Shown here piece after piece: positions 9,748 to 20,367 of a stretch of 64,000 bases of DNA. Made by a program: the position numbers and the translations under genes. This DNA is from Nitrososphaerota archaeon (GTDB taxonomy: Archaea; Thermoproteota; Nitrososphaeria_A; Caldarchaeales; Calditenuaceae): assembly GCA_038845265.1 (NCBI GenBank), contig JAWBQR010000007.1:1-64000 (forward strand). The letters are read 5' to 3'. The first letter of the stretch is position 1; every line of letters starts with the position of its first letter. The notes below the pieces were generated by a model that did not search any database, was not told the DNA's origin, and saw nothing but the letters and a program-made list of their open reading frames with translations.

Positions 9748-10929
9748 CTACCGCTCCCTAAGCCTGCTAAGCCTAGTCTCTAGGCTCCAGATCTTTGAGA
9801 AGCCTTCTCCAGCCCTCTGGTCAAAGAGCCCCTCCCTCGAATAAGTTATGAACTCCCTAGAGTAAAGGGATTTCTCAGCTCTTCTACCAACTATGCTCAT
9901 CGAGCCCTTGAAGAGCCTTACCCTGACCTCGCCGGTTATTCCTCTCTGCGACTCATCGATAAAGGCATCTATTGCTCCTCTCAGGGGGTCTTCCCAGAGC
10001 CCTCCATATACAAGCTCCGCCCAGACCCTCTCCACCTCCCTCTTGAATGCTAGAAACCGTCTGCCGAGGAAAAGCTTCTCAATGTCGAGGTGAGACTTAA
10101 TCAATATGAGCGCCGCCGGAGCCTCGTAGACCTCCCGCGACTTCAGCCCTATTACTCTATCCTCAATATGATCAATTATTCCATATCCATGCTTCCCACC
10201 AATCGTGTTAAGCCTCGATATGAGCTCGAGCAAACTCATCTCCTCACCGTTAAGTGACACTGGAAGCCCGTCCCTGAAGCCTATCTCGAGATACTCAGGC
10301 ACGTCCGGCGCCTGCCTCAGAGGCCTGACAATAGTGAAGGCATCTTCAGGCGGCTCGACCCATGGATCCTCAAGCTCGCCGGCCTCGATCGACCTGCCCC
10401 AAATATTCTCATCTATGCTGAACCTGCTCTTCTTAGGATTTACTGGAAGCCTGTTCTTCAAGGCATATTCTATCTCTTCGTCTCTATTCATGTTCCACTC
10501 TCTTACGGGCGCGATTATTCTCAGCTCAGGCGCCAACGCCGCGAAGGCTGCGTCGAACCTCAACTGATCGTTCCCCTTCCCCGTGCTTCCATGCGCGACG
10601 GCGTCGCATCCCTCTCTCCGGGCTATATTTACCACCTCCTCAGCTATCAGGTATCTCGCCAAAGCAGTTGAGAGTGGATATTCGCCCTCGTAGAGACCAT
10701 TAGCCTTTATGGCTCGAGAGATATAATCGTCGGCGAACTTCTTCTTGGCATCTATCAAGTAGTGCTTGGCAGCGCCCGATACATAGGCCTTCGCCTCGAT
10801 TTCTCTAAAGTCTTCCTCCTGACCAACATCTACAGTCACGGTTATGACTTCTGCTCGGTATTTCTCCTGCAGCCATTTGATTGCTACGGTGGTGTCTAGG
10901 CCGCCGCTATATGCAAGGGCAACCCTCAA
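9748..10929 (-). CDS. argG: Argininosuccinate synthase
   Basis: LAYSGGLDT, AHGSTGKGNDQLRF, SIDENIWGRSIE, KSREVYEAPA. Confidence 0.97.
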   Translation of the reverse strand: MRVALAYSGGLDTTVAIKWLQEKYRAEVITVTVDVGQEEDFREIEAKAYVSGAAKHYLIDAKKKFADDYISRAIKANGLYEGEYPLSTALARYLIAEEVVNIARREGCDAVAHGSTGKGNDQLRFDAAFAALAPELRIIAPVREWNMNRDEEIEYALKNRLPVNPKKSRFSIDENIWGRSIEAGELEDPWVEPPEDAFTIVRPLRQAPDVPEYLEIGFRDGLPVSLNGEEMSLLELISRLNTIGGKHGYGIIDHIEDRVIGLKSREVYEAPAALILIKSHLDIEKLFLGRRFLAFKREVERVWAELVYGGLWEDPLRGAIDAFIDESQRGITGEVRVRLFKGSMSIVGRRAEKSLYSREFITYSREGLFDQRAGEGFSKIWSLETRLSRLRER

Positions 10930-11083
10930 CTAACTATGTACACCTCAAATAGCTATTCGAGAAATATTTCTTAATTAATTATTCTAAGAGATTAAGAATT
11001 ATAACTTTTGCCTAGGCTGAGTATGGACTAATCATTGCAGGTGGTTAAAAAACGATTATTAACCACATAAAATTATTTTTCAC

Positions 11084-11701
11084 TTGATGTCAAGAAAGAC
11101 CTCGAAGAAGGAGAGAACGAGTAAACTTTCATATCTGTTTGCCCTGCTACCAGTCATAATTTTTGTTGGATTTGTAGTTCTTTTCTTGACGATGCAGCAA
11201 CAACCTCCTGGGCAGACAGTACCGACTACCCAGACAACCACCGTCGAGACTTCGCGTACTAGCTATCAAGCTGCACCCGACTTCACGCTTAGAATAATTA
11301 CGAAGGACGGATTAACTGATGAGAAGTTCACTCTTTCCTCAACGAGGGGGAAAGTAGTATTTATGGAGTTCATAATGTCTTGGTGCTCCGTGTGTGACAG
11401 AGTAGCTCCGACCGTCAAGAAACTACATGACCAATACTCAGCTCGGGGTGTCATGTTTGTAACAGTGGCTGGAAAGGATACTCGCGCAACTGAGGAGGAG
11501 ACTGCTAAGTTCCTTCAAGAACATGACGTTACATGGACATCTGTGTATGACGAAAGGTTAGAGGTGTTTAGTCTATACTCTGTTAGGGGTACGCCTACTT
11601 TTGTCATAATTGGAAGGGATGGCAGAATAGTAAACATAATAGTTGGTGCGCGGACATATGAGGATTTAGCGTCTGAGATTGAAAAGGCGCTTAGAGAATG
11701 A
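11084..11701 (+). CDS. Membrane-anchored TlpA/ResA-like thiol-disulfide oxidoreductase
   Basis: N-terminal TM, APDFTL, WCSVC, GTPTFVIIGRDG. Confidence 0.85.
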   Translation: MMSRKTSKKERTSKLSYLFALLPVIIFVGFVVLFLTMQQQPPGQTVPTTQTTTVETSRTSYQAAPDFTLRIITKDGLTDEKFTLSSTRGKVVFMEFIMSWCSVCDRVAPTVKKLHDQYSARGVMFVTVAGKDTRATEEETAKFLQEHDVTWTSVYDERLEVFSLYSVRGTPTFVIIGRDGRIVNIIVGARTYEDLASEIEKALRE

Positions 11702-12120
11702 GTAAAAAAACCGCAGTCATATATTTGTTATCCAGTTTTCTGTCAATAGCTGGACTAATTACTTCTGTTTATATTTCACTTGCGAGACTTAGCCCTCCTG
11801 AGTTTTGTGAGTTAGGCTCGTTGTTTTCGTGCGAGGAGATCCTCTTTAGCCCATACTCAAGCTTCTTAGGAATATCCATGGAGTATTATGGAGCTGCTTG
11901 GTTTACCGTGTCGCTTCTCCTTTCTTTATCCTCATTACTCAGCAGGATGAGCAAGATTCTCCTTTTTGGATGGTCTGTCCTAGGCATTTTAGGAGTGGCT
12001 TGCCTAGTATATGTTGAGGTTTTCTTAGTTAATTCAATATGTATATTGTGCACCGTGGCCCATGCATTTGGAATTCTCATATTCTCGGCCTCATACATAG
12101 GCTATAAATATTCAAAATGA
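11698..12120 (+). CDS. Vitamin K epoxide reductase (VKOR) family protein
   Basis: C...SC..ILFSPYS, CILC motif, four TM helices; overlaps the upstream thioredoxin gene. Confidence 0.88.
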   Translation: MSKKTAVIYLLSSFLSIAGLITSVYISLARLSPPEFCELGSLFSCEEILFSPYSSFLGISMEYYGAAWFTVSLLLSLSSLLSRMSKILLFGWSVLGILGVACLVYVEVFLVNSICILCTVAHAFGILIFSASYIGYKYSK

Positions 12121-12148
12121 AGCTTTATACAACTTCTGATAAATAATT

Positions 12149-12589
12149 ATGGCAGAGTTGTCGTACGAGCCTAATGAGCTTGACTATAAGATAATCGAGC
12201 TTCTAAGAAAGAATTCTAGGATGACTTATCAAGAGATAGGTAAGGCCCTGGGCCTGTCAGAGGGCGCCATAAGGAGGAGAGTAAAGAAACTAGTAGAGAA
12301 CAAAATAATCAAGCAATTTACCATCAAGGTCGAGCTAGGGCAGAGAGTCAGAGCCATGTCGATGATCTCAGTGAGTCCTGGATACTCAACGCCGAGCGTT
12401 ACTGAGAAGCTATCAAAACTGGAGGGCATAGAGGAGGTATACGAAGTCACTGGCGAGTATGATGCAATAGCCATCATAGCGGTCAAGAGCGTCAACGAGC
12501 TAAACAAGTGTATCGAGGATATCCGAAAAACAGAGGGCGTAAGGAACACCAATACAATGATAATTCTCAGAGTTGTGGGGACTGAATAA
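12149..12589 (+). CDS. Lrp/AsnC family transcriptional regulator (LysM-like)
   Basis: N-terminal HTH (SRMTYQEIGKALGLSEGAIRRRVK) and RAM domain EVTGEYD. Confidence 0.9.
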   Translation: MAELSYEPNELDYKIIELLRKNSRMTYQEIGKALGLSEGAIRRRVKKLVENKIIKQFTIKVELGQRVRAMSMISVSPGYSTPSVTEKLSKLEGIEEVYEVTGEYDAIAIIAVKSVNELNKCIEDIRKTEGVRNTNTMIILRVVGTE

Positions 12590-12695
12590 TGGGGCTAAAA
12601 GCATAGCTCTAATAATCTATAACTAATTTTTGACTTTTAGTTTGATTTTATTATATCATAGCGCCACTTAAATATGTAGATGCAGGTTATTCTTT

Positions 12696-13586
12696 ATGGT
12701 TTATTGTTCTAGGTGTGGGAGAGAAGTTGACCCCCAGTGGACTCATTGTCCTTATTGTGGTAATCCTTTAACTCCAGCATATCAGCGACCAGTTCCTAAG
12801 AAGAAAAGTAGGAGGAGCCTTGTTGCTGCATTAATTGGTCTTTCAGGATTCTTGGGATTGGGCTACGTGGCTTATCGATACTACGGAGACGAGATTATCG
12901 CTTTTATAGAGAGCATCTCGGGGCAGGTCAGACCATCAACCGAGATTCGGACAACGACGCTCACTAAGACATCCGAGCTGACGACAAGCCAGTCTTCAGC
13001 GACGACCCCCTCGACACCAATTGAGACACAGATCACGACTACGTCCCAGGTCACGACCACTACGCCATCGCTAACGACTCAGCTCACTACTACTCAGACA
13101 GAAACATCCATGACAACTACCTCCTCGGCCACTTCCACTTATACTGTTTCTGGAATGCCAGAGAGGGCCTGGGATAGTATAGCTTATCCTTACCTCGTGG
13201 TTGGTGGACAGGCATATTATGAAGAAGTCAAGACCAGCGTGACAAATGAGGGAGACGCCCCATCTTTCTACACGGTGCTAGAGCTATATCAAGGGCCGGT
13301 CCCAAGCAGGATACCTGGTCTAAAATACATCGAGCATCCATTAAGGAGCTTCAAGCTTACTTGGCGCAAAATCATTACACTTAACCCAGGCCAGAGAATA
13401 GACCTCGACCTCTCTGGAATCACTCCACAGCATGAAGTATTGGTATGGGTCTGCTATGACCCGATCCTCGACCCAAGGGGGTTCAGAATGGAAAGCGACG
13501 CCGAGCTGAGAAGTATCTATAGAGGCGGCCCCGACCGCGACCGACACGCCATTGCTATGGGGCGCAGCGGAGCCTTGGAGGGATGA
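12696..13586 (+). CDS. Zinc-ribbon membrane protein with Thr/Ser-rich linker and extracellular beta-sandwich domain
   Basis: YCSRCG...HCPYCG, TM helix, long T/S-rich tract, VTNEGDAPS strand. Confidence 0.65.
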   Translation: MVYCSRCGREVDPQWTHCPYCGNPLTPAYQRPVPKKKSRRSLVAALIGLSGFLGLGYVAYRYYGDEIIAFIESISGQVRPSTEIRTTTLTKTSELTTSQSSATTPSTPIETQITTTSQVTTTTPSLTTQLTTTQTETSMTTTSSATSTYTVSGMPERAWDSIAYPYLVVGGQAYYEEVKTSVTNEGDAPSFYTVLELYQGPVPSRIPGLKYIEHPLRSFKLTWRKIITLNPGQRIDLDLSGITPQHEVLVWVCYDPILDPRGFRMESDAELRSIYRGGPDRDRHAIAMGRSGALEG

Positions 13587-13590
13587 ATAA

Positions 13591-15417
13591 TTGCCTAAAA
13601 CAGCAGTCCACGTAATTGTCCTTGACGAGGTAATCAACCGTCTCAGAACAAGCAGCAACGAGTCTGAGAGAAAGACCGGAGAAATCATGTATAGAAATAG
13701 GACCGCGGCCGTTTTGGGAGCAATCGGGCCTGACCTCTTCTTCTGGGCGCCTGACTACGAGCTCGTGAATACTCTCTACAATTTTTACAAAAACTGGAAA
13801 TTCGTCATAGAGATCTATAACGCGACCATAGGCAAGGTCAAGGAAGCGATCGATGCTGTAGGAGAGGCAACGATGGACGCTGTCGGGACCCTCGCGCCCG
13901 CCACTATCTCAATGATTAGGACCCTCATCGAGGAGATCAAGGAGACGACACAGCTCTTCAAGTCAACCCTGGCTACTGGACTCTTCGTCGGCGTAATAGA
14001 GGGTTACGACTCATTCGCAGGATTGGCCGACGCCCCGAGACTCTTCCATGAATTATTCGACTTATTCACCCCGCCTCTACAGAGTGGAAAGGGTGAGAAG
14101 GACTGGTACTGGTTTGACATGCTTCACTATAGGTGGACTGGGAGATTCGCCAAGAACCTTCTAGACCTTGCGGACGACGAGACTAAGCTTGCCTACGCGT
14201 ATGGATACCTCACACACATTGCCTGCGACGTCGTCGGGCATGGGTTCGTCAACCAGATCGTCGGGGGGCCATACAGACTACACCCACAGAGACACGCCAC
14301 CGTCGAGAACTTCATAGACTCATGGAAATTCCATCAGAAATACGGAGAGAGCATAAACGAGAAACTACACGAACTGCTCAGCCTGCCCGAGAAGCTTCCA
14401 GACAGCATCGTAAAAATTCTATACAACGCATTTGTTAACACGTACAAGAATATGCCTCATCCACTGAGGTTTAACCGGGAGAACGACGGCTTCCTCACGC
14501 CGGGAGACATCCTGAAGACATACGAGGTCTTCAAGTTCATATACGATATCCTAGGAGGGATAAGCATCAGGCCGCCTGAGGAGCCGTTCAGCGGAGCCCT
14601 AGACATACTAGCCGAGGCTTTAAAGAACATCGAGCCTCCTCCGAAGCCTCCTAGCTCCAGAGAAATGTGTAGCCTGTCAGACATCTTTAGCTTCGGCCTG
14701 ACTGAGAGCTCGAGGGAGTGCTACGAGGAGTTCGCGGAGGCGCTTGAGGAGTGGCTCGAGTATCTGGGTGAACTGTTACTATGGACCTTCGAGACCATAC
14801 TCGCGATACTGGACGCAATAACTGCTGCTCTGCTATCGCTCCCAATAATGGCGCTCATGGCAATCCTCTACGGAGTCCAGCTGGCACTATACAATCTCTA
14901 TAGACAGTTCAGACAGACACTCGTCCTCGCAGGGCTCCTGTACCCAGAGCCCGACGAGCTCCAAAGCTCCCATGGAAGAAACCTCACAACAAACTATCAA
15001 TGCAGCCTCATAACCGAGTTCAAGGGATATCCACAGAAGCACTCATGCGAGATCAATAATCTTCAATGCCCAAGGACTAGTCTAGAGGAGCCGGGAACGC
15101 TCCCGACAACCTATGAGAGAAGCCCCGACATGACTCCAGACATATTCATCAATCAAGAGCCATTGAAGGAGGATGGGCTGACCGGCTACGCCAACGCCAA
15201 GACACCCGCAGAGACGCGGGGACTGGAACTTAAGAAAATAACCATAGGAAACGCCGTCAGCCTCTCATGCTGGATGATCAAGAATAGCAATTCCCAAGAA
15301 AGGCTGGGAGTAGTCTTCGCCGACTGGAACCTAGACTCGGACAGGGGATATGGATACAAGTGCTGGGCTTGGGACAAGGACAAGAAGACAGACCTATACA
15401 TCTATGAATTCGTCTAA
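13591..15417 (+). CDS. Zinc-dependent phospholipase C-like protein
   Basis: MP...VH N-terminus, LGAIGPDLFF, DMLHY, YGYLTHIACDVVGH.FVN, RHATVENFID. Confidence 0.7.
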   Translation: MPKTAVHVIVLDEVINRLRTSSNESERKTGEIMYRNRTAAVLGAIGPDLFFWAPDYELVNTLYNFYKNWKFVIEIYNATIGKVKEAIDAVGEATMDAVGTLAPATISMIRTLIEEIKETTQLFKSTLATGLFVGVIEGYDSFAGLADAPRLFHELFDLFTPPLQSGKGEKDWYWFDMLHYRWTGRFAKNLLDLADDETKLAYAYGYLTHIACDVVGHGFVNQIVGGPYRLHPQRHATVENFIDSWKFHQKYGESINEKLHELLSLPEKLPDSIVKILYNAFVNTYKNMPHPLRFNRENDGFLTPGDILKTYEVFKFIYDILGGISIRPPEEPFSGALDILAEALKNIEPPPKPPSSREMCSLSDIFSFGLTESSRECYEEFAEALEEWLEYLGELLLWTFETILAILDAITAALLSLPIMALMAILYGVQLALYNLYRQFRQTLVLAGLLYPEPDELQSSHGRNLTTNYQCSLITEFKGYPQKHSCEINNLQCPRTSLEEPGTLPTTYERSPDMTPDIFINQEPLKEDGLTGYANAKTPAETRGLELKKITIGNAVSLSCWMIKNSNSQERLGVVFADWNLDSDRGYGYKCWAWDKDKKTDLYIYEFV

Positions 15418-15495
15418 AAAGAGACCGACAACTCATCACTACCGTAACACTACTTCAACCTCTATCGTCAAAACCTATCAAATCACCAATATAAA

Positions 15496-18400
15496 TTGAA
15501 AAATATTAAATACATCCTCAACGAGATAAAAAATATAAAGGGTGGGCAAAAATTGTTAATACACCCTTTTTTTAAACATATTAAACCGATTTTATTAACT
15601 TCTTTATTATTGACGCTTCTCCTTGCCGCCATATTTTTTGATATTCTCCCGGTTCAAATTGTTTCTGCTGAGACACTCTGCAAATTTGAAGGACCAGATG
15701 TTAGAGATGATTTGATGCTTACAGATTATTATGTGGAAGGCGACCCAGAGATAGGAGTCGGAGGAACCGTGATAATTAGTTTTAAACTTACCTATGTGGG
15801 AAAGTATTATGTAACAATTGATCCTGATATGGGAGTTTTCGCAGCGGCAAAATCTCCAGATGGCGATGTAAGGATAGTTGATAAACAGCATCGAGGAGTT
15901 ACTTTAAAGAGTCAACAATCTGTTATCTTTCATGGAGAAATTACTCTCAATAAAGAGGGAGAATGGCTTATATGGCCCTCTTATTGTATAATTAAGGATG
16001 GAAAGAAAATATGTGGCCCCTCAGAGTGGCATGCATGCACCATAAGAGTAAAGACGATTAAAACCACAAAGACCACGACGCCCCTTACGCCTAAGCCAGA
16101 CCTATATATCTCATATGCATGGTATCAAGCCCTTACAGTTGAAGATATGGGATTCTATTATAAAATTAAAAATGTCGGAAATGAGCCATCGAATAGATCC
16201 ATTACTCAGCTCATAATTGATGGTATACCCGTCGCGTATGATGAAGTGCCTCCACTAAGCCCCGGTGAGGAAAGAAATGAGGTTTTTCTGGGAGTAGACT
16301 GGCGATGTACGGGCGACTCTGATTTAATAGAAATCGTAGCAGATTATAATAACCAAATAAGTGAGCGAGACGAGTATAACAATGTTTATCGCAGGACGAT
16401 GAGCTGTATTTATGCAGTAAAGGGCGTCGACCTAATATTAGAGCGTATATGGCATGAACCGATACTTGTTGAGGAGCAGACAGGGGGAACATTCGGACGC
16501 CCCCGATATAGACTCATAAATGCAGTACTCTTTGAGATCAGAAACAGAGGAGCTGGTGATTCAGGCTCATTCGATGTCAAGCTCTATGTCGACAATACAG
16601 AAGTTGATTCCGTAAGAATGAACTCTTTAGGTCCGGGGGAAACTAGGACAGCCTATTTCCCTAACTTTGATTTTAGTACGAGATGCACTGAGCCTGATGA
16701 CGTAGTGAGAGTCTATGCTGATCCACCTAAGCCCTATGTAGGAGACGAAATAGCTGAACTCGATGAGTATAATAATGTGATAACGGAAACTTGGAGATGC
16801 CTTGATCGTCCTGACCTAGTTGTGGAGGACATCTGGATAATTGGGTCTTCAAATCCAAGCGATAGGACGAGAACTAGACTAGACAGTGGAGAAGAGTTTG
16901 AGGTCTGGGCTAGGATAAGAAACATAGGGGATACAACAGCTCCTCAGAGCATTGCTACGCTTTCAGTAGGACTTGGACCTGGAAGAGGAGTAGAAACCTA
17001 TACAGTAAACATACGAGCACTGAATCCAGGAGCGATGGTTGAAGTTCGATTCCCGATCAGCTTCACATGCGATCCAACAGTATGGGCCTATTCACTTCGG
17101 GTAATCGTCGATAGTACTGAAGAGATAACAGAGAAAAACGAAGGCAATAATCTTTCGGCTGAGTTTCATGTATCATGTAACATTCCATATCCTGATTTGG
17201 TAATAGAGGATCTCTGGCTCGAGGGCTTCACTATAAAGTATAGAATAAAGAATCAGGGAAGCGTAGAGGCTGGTCGGAGTACTACGAGGCTAATTCTACC
17301 TACGCCTCAAGGATACATTGCTCTTGATGATCAGGTCTCTAGGCTAAGTCCTGGAAGAAGCAGTGAAGAATCTTTTAACTACATCTTTGACTGGAGTCAA
17401 TATAGAGATGGAGCCCCAATATATTATTTAACAATATTTGCCGACTTTAATAATAATGTAGAAGAGTACCGAGGTGAAGCTAATAATGAAAGAGAATTTC
17501 AGTGGAGAAATCCAGGATTCATAAAAATAACTGGCAGAATTCTGTATCAAGAAGCTGACGCCCCTACCGGAAACGACCGTAATAGAGGCCCACTTAATTT
17601 AAGAGATTTCAAACCTTTTAGATTTGGGAAACTATACTTCAGGAGCATAACGGATAGCTACAAATCTCAAGTTATTATAACGGATAGTAACGGATATTTC
17701 TCGACTTTTATTCCGAGAGTAGTTGGAAGACAGCTGCGCATCCGTATAGGAGGAGAAGAAGTCCTAGATGGGAATATGAATTACGCCGTGAGGGTGGGAA
17801 GAGATTTTGATGCTTGTAATGAATATGTCGGATGGGATAGTATTAATACCATAACTATTCCGGATACGGGCGACATAGAATTAGGAGAATTAAAGGTAGG
17901 AGCAAATCAAAACATAGATTTTGAGGGCTATGTCCAAGAGACATATATAGATTGGATTTGCGGTTGGAGAAGACCTCTCCCAGGGGGATCAGCCTACTTC
18001 AATATAGCCGAGACAATATTGGTAGGAAGAATGTACGCTGATGCGCATAGAGATATAAGTGAGTCTGATTCAATAGGAAGAGTAAGTGTTGCATATCCAG
18101 ACTCGGGACCCTTCGATTTTGGCGCTCCAGCTTGGGAAAATCCATTCTATGACGAAATCTATCTAACGGGGCCTAGAGAGGCCAATGGTTACAGAGATCT
18201 TGGATTTGTTGATCAGATCATCCTTCATGAGTATGCTCATCATTTATCTGAGGAGATAAGTGAAAATGATTGGGCACTGGCGATCCATCATAAATGTTTC
18301 TGCGCGACGGGCTTAGATCCCGGAGAATTTGCTTGGTTCGAGGGATTTGCTGAATATTTCTCCCACCTCCTCCTATATTTACATTCAGATCGATCTGATC

Positions 18401-18747
18401 CTCATTATCTCTCGCAAGAGTCGGCAGATTTTGAGTGGTATGAAACACCCTTATGCGATGGAAATGTCCCGGGATTACTACAGGAGGGAGGAGTAACGGC
18501 TTTCCTCCTCGACCTAGTAGATGACCCCAGGACATTTGAATGGTCAGTCTCTGAGGACTTCGATAGGATATCTGGTCTAGACGACATGATATTCAAGATA
18601 TTCGATACAGAGATGGATAATGTAATCGATGCTCCAGACATATTCGAGTTCATGAATGGAGGCGATGGATTAATTGCCAGAGCGCGACGAGAAGGCTATC
18701 CCTCGGAGGATGATATAATGCTGCTCTATAGACATTATCAAAGGTAG
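15496..18747 (+). CDS. Secreted CARDB-repeat protein with C-terminal zinc metallopeptidase domain
   Basis: Signal/TM segment; four (P)DL.I..IW...I.N.G....E..E.NN repeats; ILHEYAHH and AWFEGFAEY gluzincin-like motifs. Confidence 0.75.
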   Translation: MKNIKYILNEIKNIKGGQKLLIHPFFKHIKPILLTSLLLTLLLAAIFFDILPVQIVSAETLCKFEGPDVRDDLMLTDYYVEGDPEIGVGGTVIISFKLTYVGKYYVTIDPDMGVFAAAKSPDGDVRIVDKQHRGVTLKSQQSVIFHGEITLNKEGEWLIWPSYCIIKDGKKICGPSEWHACTIRVKTIKTTKTTTPLTPKPDLYISYAWYQALTVEDMGFYYKIKNVGNEPSNRSITQLIIDGIPVAYDEVPPLSPGEERNEVFLGVDWRCTGDSDLIEIVADYNNQISERDEYNNVYRRTMSCIYAVKGVDLILERIWHEPILVEEQTGGTFGRPRYRLINAVLFEIRNRGAGDSGSFDVKLYVDNTEVDSVRMNSLGPGETRTAYFPNFDFSTRCTEPDDVVRVYADPPKPYVGDEIAELDEYNNVITETWRCLDRPDLVVEDIWIIGSSNPSDRTRTRLDSGEEFEVWARIRNIGDTTAPQSIATLSVGLGPGRGVETYTVNIRALNPGAMVEVRFPISFTCDPTVWAYSLRVIVDSTEEITEKNEGNNLSAEFHVSCNIPYPDLVIEDLWLEGFTIKYRIKNQGSVEAGRSTTRLILPTPQGYIALDDQVSRLSPGRSSEESFNYIFDWSQYRDGAPIYYLTIFADFNNNVEEYRGEANNEREFQWRNPGFIKITGRILYQEADAPTGNDRNRGPLNLRDFKPFRFGKLYFRSITDSYKSQVIITDSNGYFSTFIPRVVGRQLRIRIGGEEVLDGNMNYAVRVGRDFDACNEYVGWDSINTITIPDTGDIELGELKVGANQNIDFEGYVQETYIDWICGWRRPLPGGSAYFNIAETILVGRMYADAHRDISESDSIGRVSVAYPDSGPFDFGAPAWENPFYDEIYLTGPREANGYRDLGFVDQIILHEYAHHLSEEISENDWALAIHHKCFCATGLDPGEFAWFEGFAEYFSHLLLYLHSDRSDPHYLSQESADFEWYETPLCDGNVPGLLQEGGVTAFLLDLVDDPRTFEWSVSEDFDRISGLDDMIFKIFDTEMDNVIDAPDIFEFMNGGDGLIARARREGYPSEDDIMLLYRHYQR

Positions 18748-18764
18748 CTAGTCATGCAGGATTA

Positions 18765-19667
18765 GTGAAATGGTGGGAATTCATGAGTAGGGCGGTCATA
18801 ATAATTGTGGTTGTCTTGCTGTGCGCTGTAGGCATATTTCTAGCACTGAATTATTTATCTATACCTCTAATAACTCAGCAATCCACTTCTACTATGACGA
18901 CCATCACGCCTCCTATCACTACGGAGACTACCACGAAAACCACAACTCCTCTAACTACAACCTCTTGGGAAAAACCACAAGTAAACATAGAATACTTAGA
19001 GAAAATTCATAATAGTCTCGATCCTGAAAGTATACCTGAGTTAAAGGACATAATACTTAATCATCCAGATAATTACGTTAGAGAAAGAGCTGTCTTCATA
19101 CTAACGGATATAGCTATTAGAAGCAACAAAGTAGATGAAGTAATAGACTTTCTGAAACAAATCGCATACAATGAAGAAAATGACGAAGTTAGAACAGCAG
19201 CCTACGCCAACCTAGACCTAATCAGGAAATACTATCCGGTTGAACTGGGTGAGAGTATAGAGATTAGGATAGAAGGTGAGATCAAGAAGGGTAATAACGT
19301 CACACTCATAGTAATCGTCTCAACTCAGAAAGATATCCCGCAAGCCGTAGTAGGTATAAAGCGAATAGTGAATATGACGGCGGGAGCCCAAACACCCGTA
19401 ATAACGATGCTGCGAAGCATGAATCCAGTATGGTTATCCATTAGGGCGGAAACACCCGAAAAAGCAACATTCATAATCTATCTAGAAAGTGAGGGAGAGT
19501 ACCTCGTTCCGTGCGTCTTAAAACTAAACATAGATAGATCCGACTATAAGATAATAGAGAAATTCGTCTACCTAAAGGTGGGAAAAGATGAGGGGGCCTA
19601 CATCGTGGCAGATAATTTAGATGCCCTAATCACAGAGATTACCTCAACAACTACTACATCTACATAG
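18765..19667 (+). CDS. Membrane-anchored HEAT-repeat protein with Thr-rich stalk
   Basis: N-terminal TM, T-rich tract, DNYVRERAVFIL / DEVRTAAY HEAT-like repeats. Confidence 0.6.
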   Translation: MKWWEFMSRAVIIIVVVLLCAVGIFLALNYLSIPLITQQSTSTMTTITPPITTETTTKTTTPLTTTSWEKPQVNIEYLEKIHNSLDPESIPELKDIILNHPDNYVRERAVFILTDIAIRSNKVDEVIDFLKQIAYNEENDEVRTAAYANLDLIRKYYPVELGESIEIRIEGEIKKGNNVTLIVIVSTQKDIPQAVVGIKRIVNMTAGAQTPVITMLRSMNPVWLSIRAETPEKATFIIYLESEGEYLVPCVLKLNIDRSDYKIIEKFVYLKVGKDEGAYIVADNLDALITEITSTTTTST

Positions 19668-19783
19668 TTTTCGATAATAAATATTCATAAACATAACTCA
19701 AATTTTCCGGATTGATTTATTACAGCTTTCATTAACTAAAATTAAGAAATGATGTTTTAATTCTAGGACTTGAGAGAATTGTA

Positions 19784-20344
19784 TTGATGAGTGGAGTGTT
19801 CAAGCAGGTCAAGATATCTGAGGCGTACAGGCTGCTACATCCTAAACCCGTCTCCCTCATCATCTCTATTAGGCCCTCAGGAGAGCTCGGCGTAATGCCC
19901 GCAGCATGGATAACTCCATTATCAAGGAACCCCCAACTAGTCGGCGTATCAATAGCGCCGATCAGACACACATACGAAGTCCTAAGGGATGCTGGAGACT
20001 TCACGCTCAACGTAATGCCAAAAGAACACATCAAGCAGGTAAACTTCCTGGGCACAATCTCTGGAAAAGAAAAGAAGGATAAAATTAAGATGAGCGGTCT
20101 TACACTCACGGAGTCAAGAAAGATAAAGTCCCCACATGTATTGGAAGCACTAGCAGTCCTCGAGTGCGTAGTTGAAAAAGAAGTAGAGGCTGGAGACCAC
20201 ATATTCATCATTAGTAGAGTCATGGATTCATACGTTAAGCCTGATGTATTTGACGAGACATATCTACCGCATAGAGCCAAAATACTTTTCCACCTAGGCG
20301 GCACGAATTATGTGACTTTATCAGATGATGTCTTAAAGCCCTGA
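19784..20344 (+). CDS. Flavin reductase-like FMN-binding protein
   Basis: LLHPKPV, MPAAWITP, RHTY, LECVV..EVEAGDH. Confidence 0.88.
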   Translation: MMSGVFKQVKISEAYRLLHPKPVSLIISIRPSGELGVMPAAWITPLSRNPQLVGVSIAPIRHTYEVLRDAGDFTLNVMPKEHIKQVNFLGTISGKEKKDKIKMSGLTLTESRKIKSPHVLEALAVLECVVEKEVEAGDHIFIISRVMDSYVKPDVFDETYLPHRAKILFHLGGTNYVTLSDDVLKP

Positions 20345-20367
20345 AGAACTACTCAAACATTTTAGGT

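Noticed and set aside
12950-13145. Repetitive ACN-rich DNA as a tandem repeat or array (also 18885-18965 and 30655-30750)
   Set aside because: Explained by Thr/Ser-rich linkers in surface proteins; no fixed repeat unit.
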